Notes: generated from the sequence alone by a model not told the origin. 64,000 bases of DNA from Mustelus asterias (GCF_964213995.1 NC_135811.1:30628001-30692000); one strand, 5' to 3'; shown: positions 12,727 through 26,689, counted from the stretch's first letter. Made by a program: numbers and translations.

Positions 12727-15700
12727 ACAAAGAATACAGCACAGGAACAGGCCCTTCGGCCCTCCAACCCCGCGCCGCTCCCTGGTCCAAACTAGACCAT
12801 TCTTTTGTATCCCTCTATTCCCACTCCGTTCATGTGGCTATCTAGATAAGTCTTAAACGTTCCCAGTGTGTCCGCCTCCACCACCTTGCCTGGCAGCGCA
12901 TTCCAGGCCCCCACCACCCTCTGTGTAAAATACGTCCTTCTGATATCCATGTTAAACCTCCCCCCTTCACCTTGAACCTATGGCCCCTCATGAACGTCAC
13001 CACCAACCTGGGAAAAAGCTTCCCACTGTTCACCCTAATCTATGCCTCTCATAATTTTATACACCTCTATTAGGTCACCCCTCATCCTCCGTCTTTCCAG
13101 TGAGAACAACCCCAGTTTACACAATCTCTCCTCATAACTAAGCCCCTCCATACCGGGCAACATCCTGGTAAACCTCCTCTGCACTCTCTCTAAAGCCTCC
13201 ACGTCCTTCTGGTAGTGTGGCGACCAGAACTGGACGCAGTATTCCAAATGCGGCCGAACCAACATTCTATACAACTGCAACATTGGACCCCAACTTTTAT
13301 ACTCTATGCCCCGTCCTATAAAGGCAAGCATGCCATATGCCTTATTCACTACCTTCTCCACCTGTGACGTCACCTTCAAGGATCTGTGGACTTGCACACC
13401 CAGGTCCCTCTGCGTATCTACACCCTTTATGGTTCTGCCATTTATCGTATAGCTCCCCCCTACGTTAGTTCTACCAAAATGCATCACTTCGCATTTATCT
13501 GGATTGAACTCCATCTGCCATTTCTTTGCCCAAATTTCCAGCCTATCTATATCCTTCTGTAGCCTCTGACAATGTTCCTCACTATCTGCAAGTCCAGCCA
13601 TTTTCGTGTCATCCACAAACTTACTGATCACCCCAGTTACACCTTCTTCCAGATCGTTTATAAAAATCACAAACAGCAGAAGTCCCAATACAGAGCCCTG
13701 CGGAACACCACGAGTCACAGGCATCCAGCCGGAAAAAGACCCTTCCACTACCACCCTCTGTCTTCTTGACCAAGCCAGTTTTTCACCCATCTAGCTACCT
13801 CCCCCTTTATCCCATGAGATCCAACCTTTTGCACCAACCTACCATGAGGGACTTTGTCAAACGCTTTACTAAAGTCCATATAGACGACATCCACGGCCCT
13901 TCCCTTGTCAACCATTCTAGTCACTTCTTCAAAAAACTCCACCAGGTTAGTGAGGCATGACCACCCTCTCACAAAACCATGCTGACTATCGTTAATGAGT
14001 TTATTCCTTTCTAAATGCGCATACATCCTATCTCTAAAAATCCTCTCCAACAACTTCCCTACCACGGACGTCAAGCTCACCGGCCTATAATTTCCCGGGT
14101 TATCCTTCCTACCCTTCTTAAATAACGGGACCACATTAGCTATCCTCCAATCCTCTGGGACCTCACCTGTGTCCAGTGACGAAACAAAGATTTGCGTCCA
14201 GTGACGAAACAAAGATTTGCGTCAGAGGCCCAGCAATTTCATCTCTTGTCTCCCTGAGCAGCCTTGGATAGATTCCAACAGGCCCTGGGGATTTGTCAGT
14301 CTTTATATTCCCTAAAAAACCTAACACTTCCTCCCTTGTAATGGAGATTTTCTCTAACGGGTCAACACTCCCCTCCAAGACACTCCCAGTCAACACATCC
14401 CTCTCCTTTGTGAATACCGACGCAAAGTATTCATTTAGGATCTCCCCTACTTCTTTGGGCTCTAAGCATAATTCCCAACTTTTGTCCCTGAGAGGTCCGA
14501 TTTTTTCCCTGACAACCCTTTTGTTCCTAACGTATGAATAAAATGCCTTGGGATTCTCCTTAATCCTGTCTGCCAAGGACATTTCGTGACCCCTTTTTGC
14601 CCTTCTAATTCCTCGTTTGAGTTCTTTCCTACTTTCTTTGTATTCCTCCAGAGCTCCCTCCGTTTTTAGCTGCCTGGACCTAACGTACGCCTCTCTTTTC
14701 TTTTTGACCAATCCCTCAATTTTCCTGGTTATCCACGGTTCTTGAATCCTACCCTTCCTATCCTTCTTTTTTACAGGCACATGCCTGTCCTGTAGCCCTA
14801 ACAACTGTTCCTTAAAAGACTCCCACATGCCAGATGTGGATTTACCCTCAAACAGCCTCTCCCAATCAACAGCTGCCAATTTCTGCCTAATCCCACTAAA
14901 GTTAGCCTTCCCCCAATCCAACACCTTAACCTTGGGACACCACTCATCCTTTTCCATCACTATCCTAAAGCTAACAGAATTGTGGTCACTATTTGCCACA
15001 TGTTCTCCTACCAAAACTTTGAAGACCTGACCGGGCTCATTCCCCCAGTACTAGGTCCAGTATAGCCCCCTCTCTAGTCGGGCTATCTACATATTGTTCC
15101 AAAGAACCTTCCTGTACACATTTGACAAATTCCTCCCCATTCAGACTCCCAGCCCTACGCGATTTCCAGTCTATACCAGGGAAATTGAAGTCTCCCACTA
15201 CAACAACCCTATTTTTCCTGCACCTATCCATTATCTCCTGACATATCCGTTCTTCCACTTCCCTTGGGCTGTTGGGGGGCCTGTAGTATACCCCCAACAT
15301 AGTGACTGCGCCCTTCCTGTTTCTGAGCTCCACCCACAGTGACTTGTTACACGACCCCTCTGAATTGTCCTCCCTCTGCACCGCTGTAATATGCTCTCTA
15401 ACTAATACTGCTACTCCCCCACCTCTTTTGGCCTCTCCTCTGTCTCGCCTAAAACACTTGTACCCCGGAATATTCAGCTGCCAGTCCTGTCCCTCTTTCA
15501 ACCAAGTCTCTGTCACCGCAACGACATCCAAATCCCTCGTAAGCATTATGACCCTAAGTTCGTCTGTCTTACCTGCTACGCTCCTTGCATTGAAGTAGAT
15601 GCGCTCCAGACCTCCAGGCCCGTGAGGTCATCCTCCCCCAGAGTGCTCTTCTTCTTTGCCAGCCTTGTCCTGGCCCCAAGCTCATCCCCAGCCTCTACAC

Positions 15701-16600
15701 TTGTAGACATAATTTTTTGATCCCCACCCCCCTGCCATATTAGTTTAAACCCACCCGAACTGCACTAGCAAAACTCCCAGCCAGGATATTCGTGCCCTTC
15801 CAATTTAGTTGTGACCCATCCTTCTTGTACAGGTGCCATCCTCTCTTGAAAACTTCCCAGTGATCCAGGAATATGAAGCCCTCCCTCCTGGACCAGTCCT
15901 TTAGCCAAGCGTTCAATTGTACTATCTCCCTATTCCTAGCCTCACTGGCCCTAGGCATTGGGAGCAGCCCAGAGATTGCCACCCTGGAGTCCCTACTTTT
16001 TAGCCTATTTCCCAACTCCCTGAAATGCTCTCGTAGGATCCCCCTGCTCTTCCTATCTACATCATTTACACCAATGTGTACAATGACATCCGTTTCTTTT
16101 ATCCTCCCCTTTTAATATGCCTCCTATCCGCTCGGAGACATCCAGTACCCCAGCACCAGGTAGGCAGACTACCACCCTGGAGTCCTGTTCGCACACACAG
16201 AATCGCCTGTCCGTGCCTCTAACCGACGCGTCCCCCACCACTATTGCTCTCCTAATCCCTCTCTTTCCTTTCCGGGCCACAGAGCCTGACTGTGTGCCAG
16301 TGACCTGGTCACTGTGGCTTACCCCTGGAGAGTCATCCTCCTCCACACTATCCAAAACAATATACTTGTTTTGGAGGGGGACAACCACAGGTGACCCCTC
16401 CACTAATTGCTCACTCCCCTCCCCTCTCACACCTGTCGCCGAGAGACAGCCACTGGAATACACTCTGGTACGTTACCCTTGTGACCTTTACTCCTCCTAA
16501 CTGTGACCCACGTGTCTTCCCCGAGGCCCCGGTGTAACTACTTGCCTATAACTCATGTCTATTTGTCTCTCATTCTCCCTGACTAGACTAAGGTCATCAA
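12727..16600 (-). mobile_element. Nearly full-length CR1-clade LINE (ORF1 SGNH esterase-like; ORF2 APE endonuclease + RT), frameshifted
   Basis: ORF pieces: AIVVGDASVRG (16062-16463), TETWL/GVYYRPP/GDFN (15037-15546), YMDFSKAFDKVPH, GVPQGSVLG, KFVDD (13035-14212). Confidence 0.93.
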
Positions 16601-18189
16601 GCGGGGTTGTGTCTCATTTTGCAGGAAATGTCCCCAATGAGGTCTGGCCGTCAGGAGTTGGAAACCCCACCCCACCCCCTTTTGATACCTTAGCAGAAGG
16701 CTCATAGGAAAGCACCCAACAATCGACACAGGCATCATACACACCATCGACCACCGCAGAAACGGTCACTATGTTAGCGGTGAGGCTTCTGGAGCACTTT
16801 CTGGTGTGTACCACACAGCCGTTGATGTACATCAGGTGGAGGTTGAGGACTCAGGCAGGCAGATGTCTCCTGAAGCCAAGGAAACAGCTGGCCCCCAGCC
16901 AGTTGCCGAGCCACTGAGATCAGTTCTCCCAAAGCCGCTGGAGACGCAGCAGAGCCGGGGATTGTAGGAGGGGTTGTCAGCAACATTCCAGCAATTGCAA
17001 GGCTGTTTGGAGTCAGATTCTACTATCCTCTAAGTGAAAAGGCTTTTCCTCAAGTCCCCAATTTCCTGCCCCTTACTGTAAATCTATGTCCCCTGGTTAT
17101 TGACCCCTCTACTAAGGGGGAAATGTTCTTCCTATCTACCCATGACTCTCATAATTCTGTTTACCTCAATCAGACCCTCTCTCAGCCTTCTCTGCTCTGA
17201 GAACAACCCCAGCCTAACCAGCCTCTACTAATAGCTGAAACGCTCCAGCCCAGCAGCTAACTGGTGAATCTCCTCTGCACCCTTTTAGTGCAATCACATC
17301 CTTTCCATAGTGTATAATATAACATATTCCTAAAATTTCTGAAGTGCTGCCCCAGGGGAGGTGCAATAGCTCTACAAAGCATGAACCTGTAGTCCTCTCT
17401 TAGAACACAGCATTTGTCTTCCACACCTGCTATTCCACCAGTGACCTTGGTAGTGCTCAGACTGCTGAATAGCCTATAACCAGGCCTTCTAGGGCCAAAG
17501 CTGCTCAGGTCATCCTCCAAGGACATTTCCTCCAGTGAAAGTCAGCAGCTTTCCACCAACCATGCTGCAGCTAATAGGATAGCACTGCATAGGAGCACGA
17601 GAACAGTCAAAAACACATGGAAGTAGACACTAAGCAAATACACAAGTGTGGTTATTGACTTTTGTATGCAATACAGCCCAAGTTAATTTATGAATTTGAT
17701 TTGGAATATTTCTCTTATGGTGGCTTTATTTTTGTATTGGGGCCAAGGTGTGATGGTCAGTGACAGAGGGAAAACAAGCTGTGGGACTGTTGGCATGGCT
17801 CTTGTCAAAGTCACAAATCATACCTAGTGAAGCAACTCTTCATCCTTCTCAACATCTCCATAGCCATTGAAACTCATTGAATCCTACAGTGCAGAAGGAG
17901 GCCATTCAGCCCATCGAGTCTGCACTGACCACAATCCCACCCAGGCCCTATTCCCATAATCTCATGCATTTACCCTAGCTAGTCTCCCTGACGCTAAGGG
18001 GCAATTTTAACATGGCCAATCCACCGAACCCGCATATCTTTGGACTGTGGGGGGAAACCGCAGCACCTGGGGGAAACCCACACAGACATGGGGAGAACGA
18101 TATGGGGAGACCACAATATCCTCCTCCAACATCTCAACATCGTCATCCAACTGGATGGATTGCTTTTGCCCATTCTTATCTATTGAAGT

Positions 18190-19345
18190 GTAGCCAGAGA
18201 ATCACTTGTAATGGCTTCTCTTCCCATTCCCACACCATTACTTCTGGTATCCCCAGGGCCTATCCTTGACCCCTTCTATTACTTTTCTACATGCTTCCCC
18301 TCAACAACAACATCCAAAAACATGGCATCAGTTTCTCACCAACACCTCTCTCAATCTCTCCACTGCCTTTAAATTGTCAAACAGTTTAACACCATAAACA
18401 CAGCATCTAGTGCTGGATGAACAGAAGTTTCCTCCAACAAAATATTGGGAAAACTGAAACTATTACCTCCGGTCCCTGCTACAAACTGTTCCCAAGCCAC
18501 CAACTCCATCTCTCTCTCTCTCTCGCAACTATTTACAGGCTGAACCAAACTGTTTACAATCTTAGTGCTGTATTTCACCAATAGCTATCCACATTATCAC
18601 TAAGAACATCCATTTCTACCTCTGTAATATTGCCCAATTCTGCTCCTGTCACAGCTCTTCTGCTGGTAAAACCCTGATTTTATTTGTTTTCGACTTGATT
18701 AATCCAACACATTCTTGGCTGGCCATATTTTTAACAGTTTTTTTCTTGTTGTTCCTGGGTTCTTTTAAACTTTTTTATGTGGCCGTGCACACATGGTTAG
18801 TAAAGAGGGTGACTCATGTGTGACCTACACAGGAATTTTTGGGATCCTTAGAGGGAATGTTACTCTTAGAGTCTACCCTTCGTAATCTTAAGGTCATCGA
18901 AACCATTGCTACCCATGTCCTGTATTCCTGTACATTCATCACCTCTGTGCTCACTGATTAAGCAATGCTTTGATTTTAAAATTCTCATCATCCTTTTCAA
19001 ATCCCTCCATGGCCTCACCCCTCTTAGTAATCTCCTTCAGCCTCACAATCCTCTGAATTTTCAGTGGTCCTCTAATCAGGCCTTTTAAACAGCCTTTGTT
19101 TTTAATGGCTCTAACACTGTTGGTTGTCCTATTACCTGTTAAGGTCCTAAACTCTGGAATTCCTTCCTTAAATCTCTCTCCCTCTCTTTCCTCCATTTAA
19201 GACATTTGTCTTTCACCAAGTTTTTAGTCATCTGCCTTAATATCTCCTATGTGGCTAGATGATAGATTTTTCTTTACAACATTGCTGTAAAGCACCTTCA
19301 GGTGTTTTATTACATTAAAAGTGCTATATAAATAAATTGTTGTTG
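18190..19345 (+). mobile_element. Degenerate L2-like LINE 3' fragment
   Basis: Decayed RT-like segment and 3' tail TTATTACATTAAAAGTGCTATATAAATAAATTGTTGTTG. Confidence 0.6.
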
Positions 19346-19546
19346 TGCTTACTAGTCTAGTATCAGACTTGGGGAGGTGGTGGTGGTGTAGTGGTATTGT
19401 CACTGACTAGTAATCTAGAGACCCGGGTGCATCCCGTCATGGCAGATGGTGGAATTTAAATTCAATTAAAAATCTGGAATTAACAGTCCAACGATGACCA
19501 TGAAAATCTCGTCTGGTTCATTAATGTGCCGCCCGATTCATTAATC

Positions 19547-19884
19547 GGGCGGCACGGTAGCACAGTGGTTAGCACTGCTGCTTCACAGCTCCAGGGTCCC
19601 GGGTTCGATTCCCGGCTCGGGTCACTGTCTGTGTGGAGTTTGCACATTCTCCTCGTGTCTGCGTGGGTTTCCTCCTGGTGCTCCGGTTTCCTCCCACAGT
19701 CCAAAGATGTGCGGGTTAGGTTGATTGGCCAGGTTTAAAAATGGCCCTGAGATGCGTAGTTAGAGGGATTCGCGGGTAAATATGTGGGGGTAGGGCCTGG
19801 GTGGGATTGTGGTCGGTGCAGACTCGATGGGCCGAATGGCCTCCTTCTGCACTGTAGGGTTTCTATGATTCTATGATTTCTATG
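19547..19884 (+). mobile_element. HE1-like V-SINE (CR1/HER1-type tail) nested in an older tRNA-SINE (~19370-20015)
   Basis: tRNA-like head (GCACAGTGGTTAGC...GGTTCGATTCCC), V-domain TGCGTGGGTTTCCTCC, (TTCTATGA)n tail. Confidence 0.88.
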
Positions 19885-22269
19885 AATGTCTTTTTGCAGA
19901 GGAAATCTGGCCTACACATGACTCCAGATCCACAGCAATGCGGTTGACTCTTAACTACCCTCTTAAGGGCAATTAGAGATGGGCAATAAATGTCCACATC
20001 ACATGAACAAATAAAAAAAACTCAGTTAAGTACTTTTTATGGAGAAGCCAGCCACAAAATGCTGTCTCAGTTTCCCTCTCCCTTCATCCTCCTCAGCTAC
20101 TTACCATATAGCTGCTGGTAAGGGTCATATCAGGCCTGTCATGATGGTTTGCAAAATGCAGCAAACCACAACAAATCTTGGACATGTTATGCCAAATATT
20201 GCAGGACTCCACCAGCGCAGTCTCCAGGCAGCACGGAAGCATTGTTTCATTACAATATTACAGTTTTATCATATTTCATGCGGCATCGTGGCTTTCATTT
20301 TCTGTGTGCTGCATACATGTATCAAAGTCATCAGCCATGTAGCCAGCAGATAAACCTCGTTGCCTAGTAGCTACCCTTCGATTTGCTGTGGTAACTCAAA
20401 AGCAGCTGGCTTGCTACATAACAAATTCATCATGATTGCTGTTAATATACCTACATGATTCACAGTTTGTGGTCATCTACTAGTTGGACGTTCAGTTCAG
20501 GGTTTTCATGCACTGCCTGTGAAGAGTTGTGTTTACAACCTATGGCATCTGTCTGGGGGAAGCCAGAGGCACAGAGGTTCATTGTCACAGGTCACCTTTA
20601 CAGATTTGATAACACAATCCTGTCATGCTCTGGGGCTGCAGTTATGGCAGATTTCTGTGAAAGATATCCTTACTGAAGCACAGAGATCTCACAGACTGTT
20701 TTTTCACTGAGGTTCATTGGCATAATTGCTCCACACACATCCTGAGTGGATGCAGCCTTCTGCTAACAGTTCTTCTCCCCCCCTCCTCCCTCTGCCAGCA
20801 GCTTCTCATGCTCTGTGTGCCCTCTGTTTATTCTCCAAGTCATGTTTTATTCCAGTGAAATGTCTGCTTGTATACTCATCTCTGGGAGCAACAGATTTAT
20901 GAAGAAGCCCTGAAGTCAATAAAAACTCCTTCAGGTCCTGCCACGTTACTCACTGTAAGTTTCTGCAACTTGAAACAACTATACAAAGCAGCAAACACCT
21001 GTAGAGTCCAAGGAACAGCCAGAAGCAATTAACCAGCACTTAATTTACATGTAACATGAAAGCAAAATATTGCAGATGCTGGAAATCTGAAATAAAAACA
21101 GAAAATGCTGGAAACACTCAACAGGTCTGCCAGCATCTATGGAGAAAAACAGAGTTAATGTTTTTTCTGTTTTTATTCCTAACTTGTAAGTAATTGGTGT
21201 TCTCTTTAAATAGCGCTGATAGAAGGAGTCATCCTTCTAGTTGTTAGATACATGTTGAGCTGTGCGAGGGTTAAAGAGGACATTAGCTGCAGCATTGAAC
21301 TCCAAAACGGCACAAGGGTGTTAATCAGTTTTGTCTGCTGATTAATGTCATGGTCTGCCTGCTCTGAATACTTCTGGTGGCCCTCACTGGGCACACACTG
21401 ATGCCATAGGATCCAGTGTGATTTGCCCTAAAAGTGTGCAAGTGTCAGGTCCCAATTTGAAGCTTTAAGGGCACATATAGACAATTTCTGTTTGCTGCGT
21501 GTGGCTTGTTGAACTGCATGGTCCCTTTAAGATTGATGCACGGCCAAGCAGGCATGCATCTAAAAGGGAACATTGCTAGTGTTTTTGAGTACTGTGAGGC
21601 ACATTCCCAATTGCTGTGCAGCTAAGCATTTTGGAGGAAATATGGCTTGTAGCACCCCAAAACGGATGCAATCAAATCCAATTTTTACGCACAAATAGCA
21701 AGAGTGAATCATAAGATATTTATAATTCATCCATGTGCCAAGAATAGATTCTGTTAGAAAAAAGCAGTTCAGCTAGTTGTCATATCAGCAACAGCCTGTG
21801 CTGTGGATCACTGATGCAAGGTAGCAGCCCCAAACGTTTTTATATTGTCAATTTTGGCGATGAACTGCATATGTCACAACTGCTGGAAATTTGTCACCAA
21901 AATTTACTGGAAAGCTTATCTTATAATGCTACAGCAAGGATGTTGGTGAATCAGAAATGGCATAGTCAATGGCTATTGAAGAATTTTTTGTTTGAAAATA
22001 AACGATATTAGTTCTCCCTACTTTCTTCATAATGACTTTTTTTTAAAAAACACACGAAACAGATCCAGAGTAAAATGTAAACCTGTAGAAGTTGCACAAA
22101 TTGATTCAGCTTCAATTAAACAAAAAACACCTTTGGATTCTAATTTTAGTTAAGCTGCTTCAATTTCTACAATAATAGAAAAAATTATAAAGTTGAAGAC
22201 TTGAGGCTTGTTGGTCTATTTGTTATACTTTCATTCAGCAATTGTCTTTGAGCTTAAGTTTTTAAGTTA

Positions 22270-22571
22270 AGTTTATTTATCGTTGTCACAAGTAGGCTTA
22301 CATTAACACTGCAATGAAGTTACTGTGAAAATCTCCTCGTCACCACATTCTGGTGCCTGTTTGGGTATACTGTGGGAGAATTTAGCATGGCCAATGCACC
22401 TAACCAGCATGTCTTTCGAACTGTGGGAGGAAACTGGAGCACCTGGAGGAAACCCACGCAGACATGGGGAGAACGTGCAAACTCGCACAGACAGTGACCC
22501 AAGCCAGGAATCGAACCCGGGTCCCTGATGCTGTGAGGAAGCAGTGCTAACCATTGTGCCACCATGCCACC
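22270..22571 (-). mobile_element. V-SINE with alternative tail
   Basis: Same head and V-domain; tail ...CAGTAACTTCATTGCAGTGTTAATGTAAGCC...ATAAATAAAC. Confidence 0.85.
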
Positions 22572-23907
22572 TCCTGTAAGGTTTATTCAAACTAATTTTT
22601 TTTAAAAAGCAAATTTATACAAACTGACCATTAAATGATGTTCTCTGAAGCTACTTTAAGCCTGATAAAAGAATAATAATTGTACACCCGTTAGTCAAAC
22701 TGACTGGTGTTTTACAGATTTTTTTTTTAAAACTTAAAATATCACAATTTTCTTGCTTGTGCTTCAGATACTTAGTTGAAAACAGCTTTCTGTGCTATGA
22801 CATTGGTTCAGAGAATGTTGTTCCTTGGACTTTGAAAGGAAACAAAATTATTTTCAGCATCATTTAGTGAATGATAAGTGACTGTATTTTCAAAAGCAAA
22901 TCCAGGGTGTACATCAAAGTAGCCAGGATAGAAAATGCAGGTTGCAAAGCAAGTTTTCTTTTCACAGCCTATCTGTAACAGTTGCACATAAAAATGCAAA
23001 GTAAATGTGCATATACATCATATTATTGAAATGTATTCAGACACTGTTTAGAAGTAATGCAATAACATTGTTCAGGAATGTCAGTTTCTCATACCCATTG
23101 TCCATATGACCTAGACTGTGTTGGTATAACTTTTAAAAAAGAATCAAAGAAATTGGTAACAGAACTTGAACTCGCATGTGCTACAAGTGCACCATTCCCA
23201 ACTTTTGTAGATGATCTAGCTCCACTCAAAATGAAAAATGCTAACTGGCATATTTAGCATAATACAGATGTTTTTGGTCATAAATATGGAAAGTCCTTTT
23301 AAAATATGTTGTTGTAGCAGCAATTTCACTTTTTTGTCAGTCATTTTCACTGAATCTTAAACGACGTGTTCCATATTTTAAGACATTTAGTCAGCATAAT
23401 GGCTGTTGCAATTGCACTCGTACTGTGCAATCAAAGTTTTAGTAAATCATAATTTTTCTTTCCTCATTCATAGGATGTGGGCATCTCTGGCGAGATCAAC
23501 ATTTATTGCCCATCCCCAAATACCCTTTTACAGAGTGGCTTGCTAGGCCATTTCAGAGGGTAATTAAGAGTCAACTACATTGCTGTGGCTTTGGGGTCAC
23601 GTGTAGGCCAGATCATTGGCAGATTTCCTTCCTAAAGGACATTAGTGAATCAAATGGGTTTTTACAACAATCAATGAAGTTGTTATGGTCACCAATATTG
23701 AGACTATCTTTCAATTCCAAATTCATTGAATGAATGTAAATTCCATCTGCTGCTGTGTTGGGATTGAATCTGTGTTCCCAGGACATTAGCTTGAGTCTCT
23801 GAGCACTAGTCCAATGACAATTATCACTATGCCACCACCCCCAATTTTTTATTTAAATAATTGGTTGACATCTGTATCCAAGGTGATTCACATTGCATGC
23901 TCTATGC

Positions 23908-25329
23908 CAGGGGTCTCCAAACTACGGCCCGCGGGCCACATCTGGCCCGCAGCCAGTGGGGCGGGATGGGATTCCCGCTGCCGAAAACACTCCCCACGTC
24001 TGGAACCCCGCCGCTGACTCAGGATCCGGATGCGGGGACGGAAACCACAGGCCGGACATTTGCTGCCGCTCCACGCGGTGTCTGATACACCCATGGGAAT
24101 CCCCGCCCTCTTTACTGGCCTATTGTCCAATCAGAGCTGCCGTCCTGTGACTGACAGTTCATTAAACGAATCAGCAATTGAGACATCTATTATCCAATTG
24201 CCGCTCTGCATTGACTGCTTTATCCAATCCGTAAGCTCCATCTGTCTGAAATGAGCGGGAACAATGACAATGATGGCGGCAATTCAGACTAATTCAGTTA
24301 TGGAAGGAAAAAAGAAAAGTGGACAGTGAGTGCCGCCTGTTTAATGAAGAATGGGGTGTAACGTACTTCTTTGTACAAGCAGGTGATAAAGCCTTGTATG
24401 TCATATGCAACGAAACTGCTGCAGTTTTGAAGGAGTACAATGTACGTCGGCACTTTGAGACCAAACATGAACCAAGTTATTCCCAATTCACAGGAACACA
24501 GCATTCGGAAAATGCAACGCAGGTTGCTTTCCCAACAAGCTTTTTTTACGCAGAAGATAACTGAAAATGAAGCTTTAACCAGGGCCAATTACAAACTAGC
24601 TTACGTGCTGGCTAAAAGAGGAAAGCCATTCACCGATGGAGATCTCATCAAAGAGTGTATAATGGAAGCAGTGGAAGAGTTATGCCCAGAAAAAGCAAAT
24701 CTGTTCAAAATCATCAGTCTTGCGCCAAATACTGTTGCTCGTAGAATTGAAGATATAGGAAGCAATATATTTCATCAAATTGCAGACAAAGCAAGAAATT
24801 TTCAGTTGTATTCTCTCGCACCTGATGAATCGACTGATGTGTGAGACACATCACAACTCCTAGTATTCATCCGTGGCGTCGACAGTGAATTTAATGTGAC
24901 ACAAGAATTAGCATCAGTGCATAGCATGCACAGCACAGAAACTGGAGAAGACATCTTCAAAGAATTGCAAAAAACTGTGTTAGAATATAACCTGGAGTGG
25001 AATAAACTGCAATGCGTGACAATTGATGGAGGAAAGAACATGTCTGGGGTGAAGAAAGGTTTGGTTGGACAAATCACAAAAGCTTGTGAGGTTGGTGGAT
25101 TCTCAAAGCCCATGTTTCTGCATTGCATTATCCATCAACAAGCATTGTGCGGAAAATATGTGGATATGTCTTGCGTTCTGAAACCTGTTGTTTCAACAGT
25201 GAATTTCATTCGATCTTACGGGCTTAATCATCGCCTGTTCATTTATAAAACTAATGTTTTTTCTTTGGCCCCCGAAAATGTGTAAAATATACGATGTGGC
25301 CCTCGTACTGAAAAATTTGGAGACCCCTG
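23908..25329 (+). mobile_element. hAT (Charlie/OC1/SPIN-like) transposon, internally deleted, with pseudogenised transposase
   Basis: TIR CAGGGGTCTCCAAA at both ends; 8-bp TSD CTCTATGC/CTCTATGT. Motifs KRKVDSECRLFNEEW, KEYNVRRHFETKH, DESTD, TIDGGKNM, HCIIHQQALC; frameshift and stop present, C-terminal half missing. Confidence 0.93.
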
Positions 25330-25969
25330 CTCTATGTCGTAACTCACTTACATATTCCAGAAGCTAGGTTAGTGTTTTCGTCAATGGGTTTTATGAACTA
25401 AGGATTCTTCTGGGACAACGTTTTACTGAGGACACATTAACTCATCTGGGGATTGTCCTGGAGATACACAAGATACAGGATCACCTTTTATAATGTTATT
25501 CATCGCACTGCTAGTAGGTCATGAGCAGCATTATTTTTGTCCAAGTGGCAGAAGTGTGAAAACCTACTTAAGTGGTGATTTGGCATAGATTTCAACAGGA
25601 AGTCAAAACAATGATAAATACCTAGGTGTTGTCAACTGGGGCAACAGTGGAACAGAGGTCTAAAGAAAACATAGGGGAAAATAATTGGCGCACATCACTT
25701 CTTTTATGATTTCCTTTGTTTTCACCATTCCTATGCCAGAGATGGGTTAACAGGAAAAATCTGTGCCAAGATATAGTGACAGATAGTCTATTTTGCTGCT
25801 CAAGTCACATGGTAGACTTTAAGGACAGGATCTGTATATATCCATATTTAAATTTTACTTTCTAACATTCTGTCTCTATCTACATATAAAATCTTCTATA
25901 TCTCCTTACTGCTGCTAAGCTGAAGCTGTGTTTCTTCATGGAGACAGTCTGTTAAGTGAACACAGGATA

Positions 25970-26440
25970 TAAGAACGTAAGAAACAGATGTAGGTCATTT
26001 TGCTCCTTGAACTTGCTCTACCCCTGAATGTGATCATGGCTGATCTTCTACCTTGTTTCCAACTTCATGTACTATTCTGATATCCCTCAACTCCCTTCAT
26101 ATCCAAAAATCTATCTCGGTCTCGTATATACTCGATGACTGAGCATCCACAGCTCTCTGGGCTATAGATTTCCAAGGGTCCACAACTTGAGTGACAAAAT
26201 TTCTCCTTGTCTCATTCCATAAATGGCCAATCCCTAATTCTGAGACTGCCCCCTGGTTCTAGGCTTCCCAACGGGGAGGAATTAAATCCTTCCAGCACCT
26301 ACCCTGTCATGCTCCTTCAGAATTTTGTATGATTCATTGAGATCACCACCCCCCCCCCCCCCCCCCCGGTTATTTTAAACTGATGACAATCTTCTCATCC
26401 CAGAAATGGGTCTAAGTGACATTCATTGTACTCCCTCCTA
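25970..26440 (-). mobile_element. CR1 LINE 3' fragment
   Basis: Typical shark CR1 3' end, decayed. Confidence 0.65.
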
Positions 26441-26689
26441 GGCTGGTAAATTAATAACTGTAGTCAGTTCTGAATTACTTTGAAAATAGAGGCTTTTTTT
26501 AAAATGTCAGAAACCAAACTTTAACTCAAAGGGATCATCCTGAAAAGGATGAAGTTCCAATTTCCCAGTTGCTTGGCAGAAAATGTTCCACCATTTCTAT
26601 CCCCGCTACAATTTTGTTTAATTTTCGATGTTGGGCGATTAGTTTCACGGTTGACTGCTGGTGAGCCTTAGCTGTATGTAGGCTGACAA

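Larger units (their letters stand above)
17380..21700 (-). mobile_element. Old Harbinger element right part with HARBI1-like transposase remnants, interrupted by SINE/L2/Penelope pieces
   Basis: Degenerate minus-strand motifs at 20120-20700 resembling KQRFRCLD.GG, VVVCCIL, EICH.LQPQS and VKVT..ASGF. Confidence 0.55.

Noticed and set aside
19547-19620. tRNA gene
   Set aside because: A/B boxes belong to SINE heads that continue into the V-domain; no full cloverleaf.
24300-25285. Domesticated GTF2IRD2/ZBED-like host gene
   Set aside because: Frameshift, stop, truncation, and intact TIRs with TSD show it is a transposon copy.
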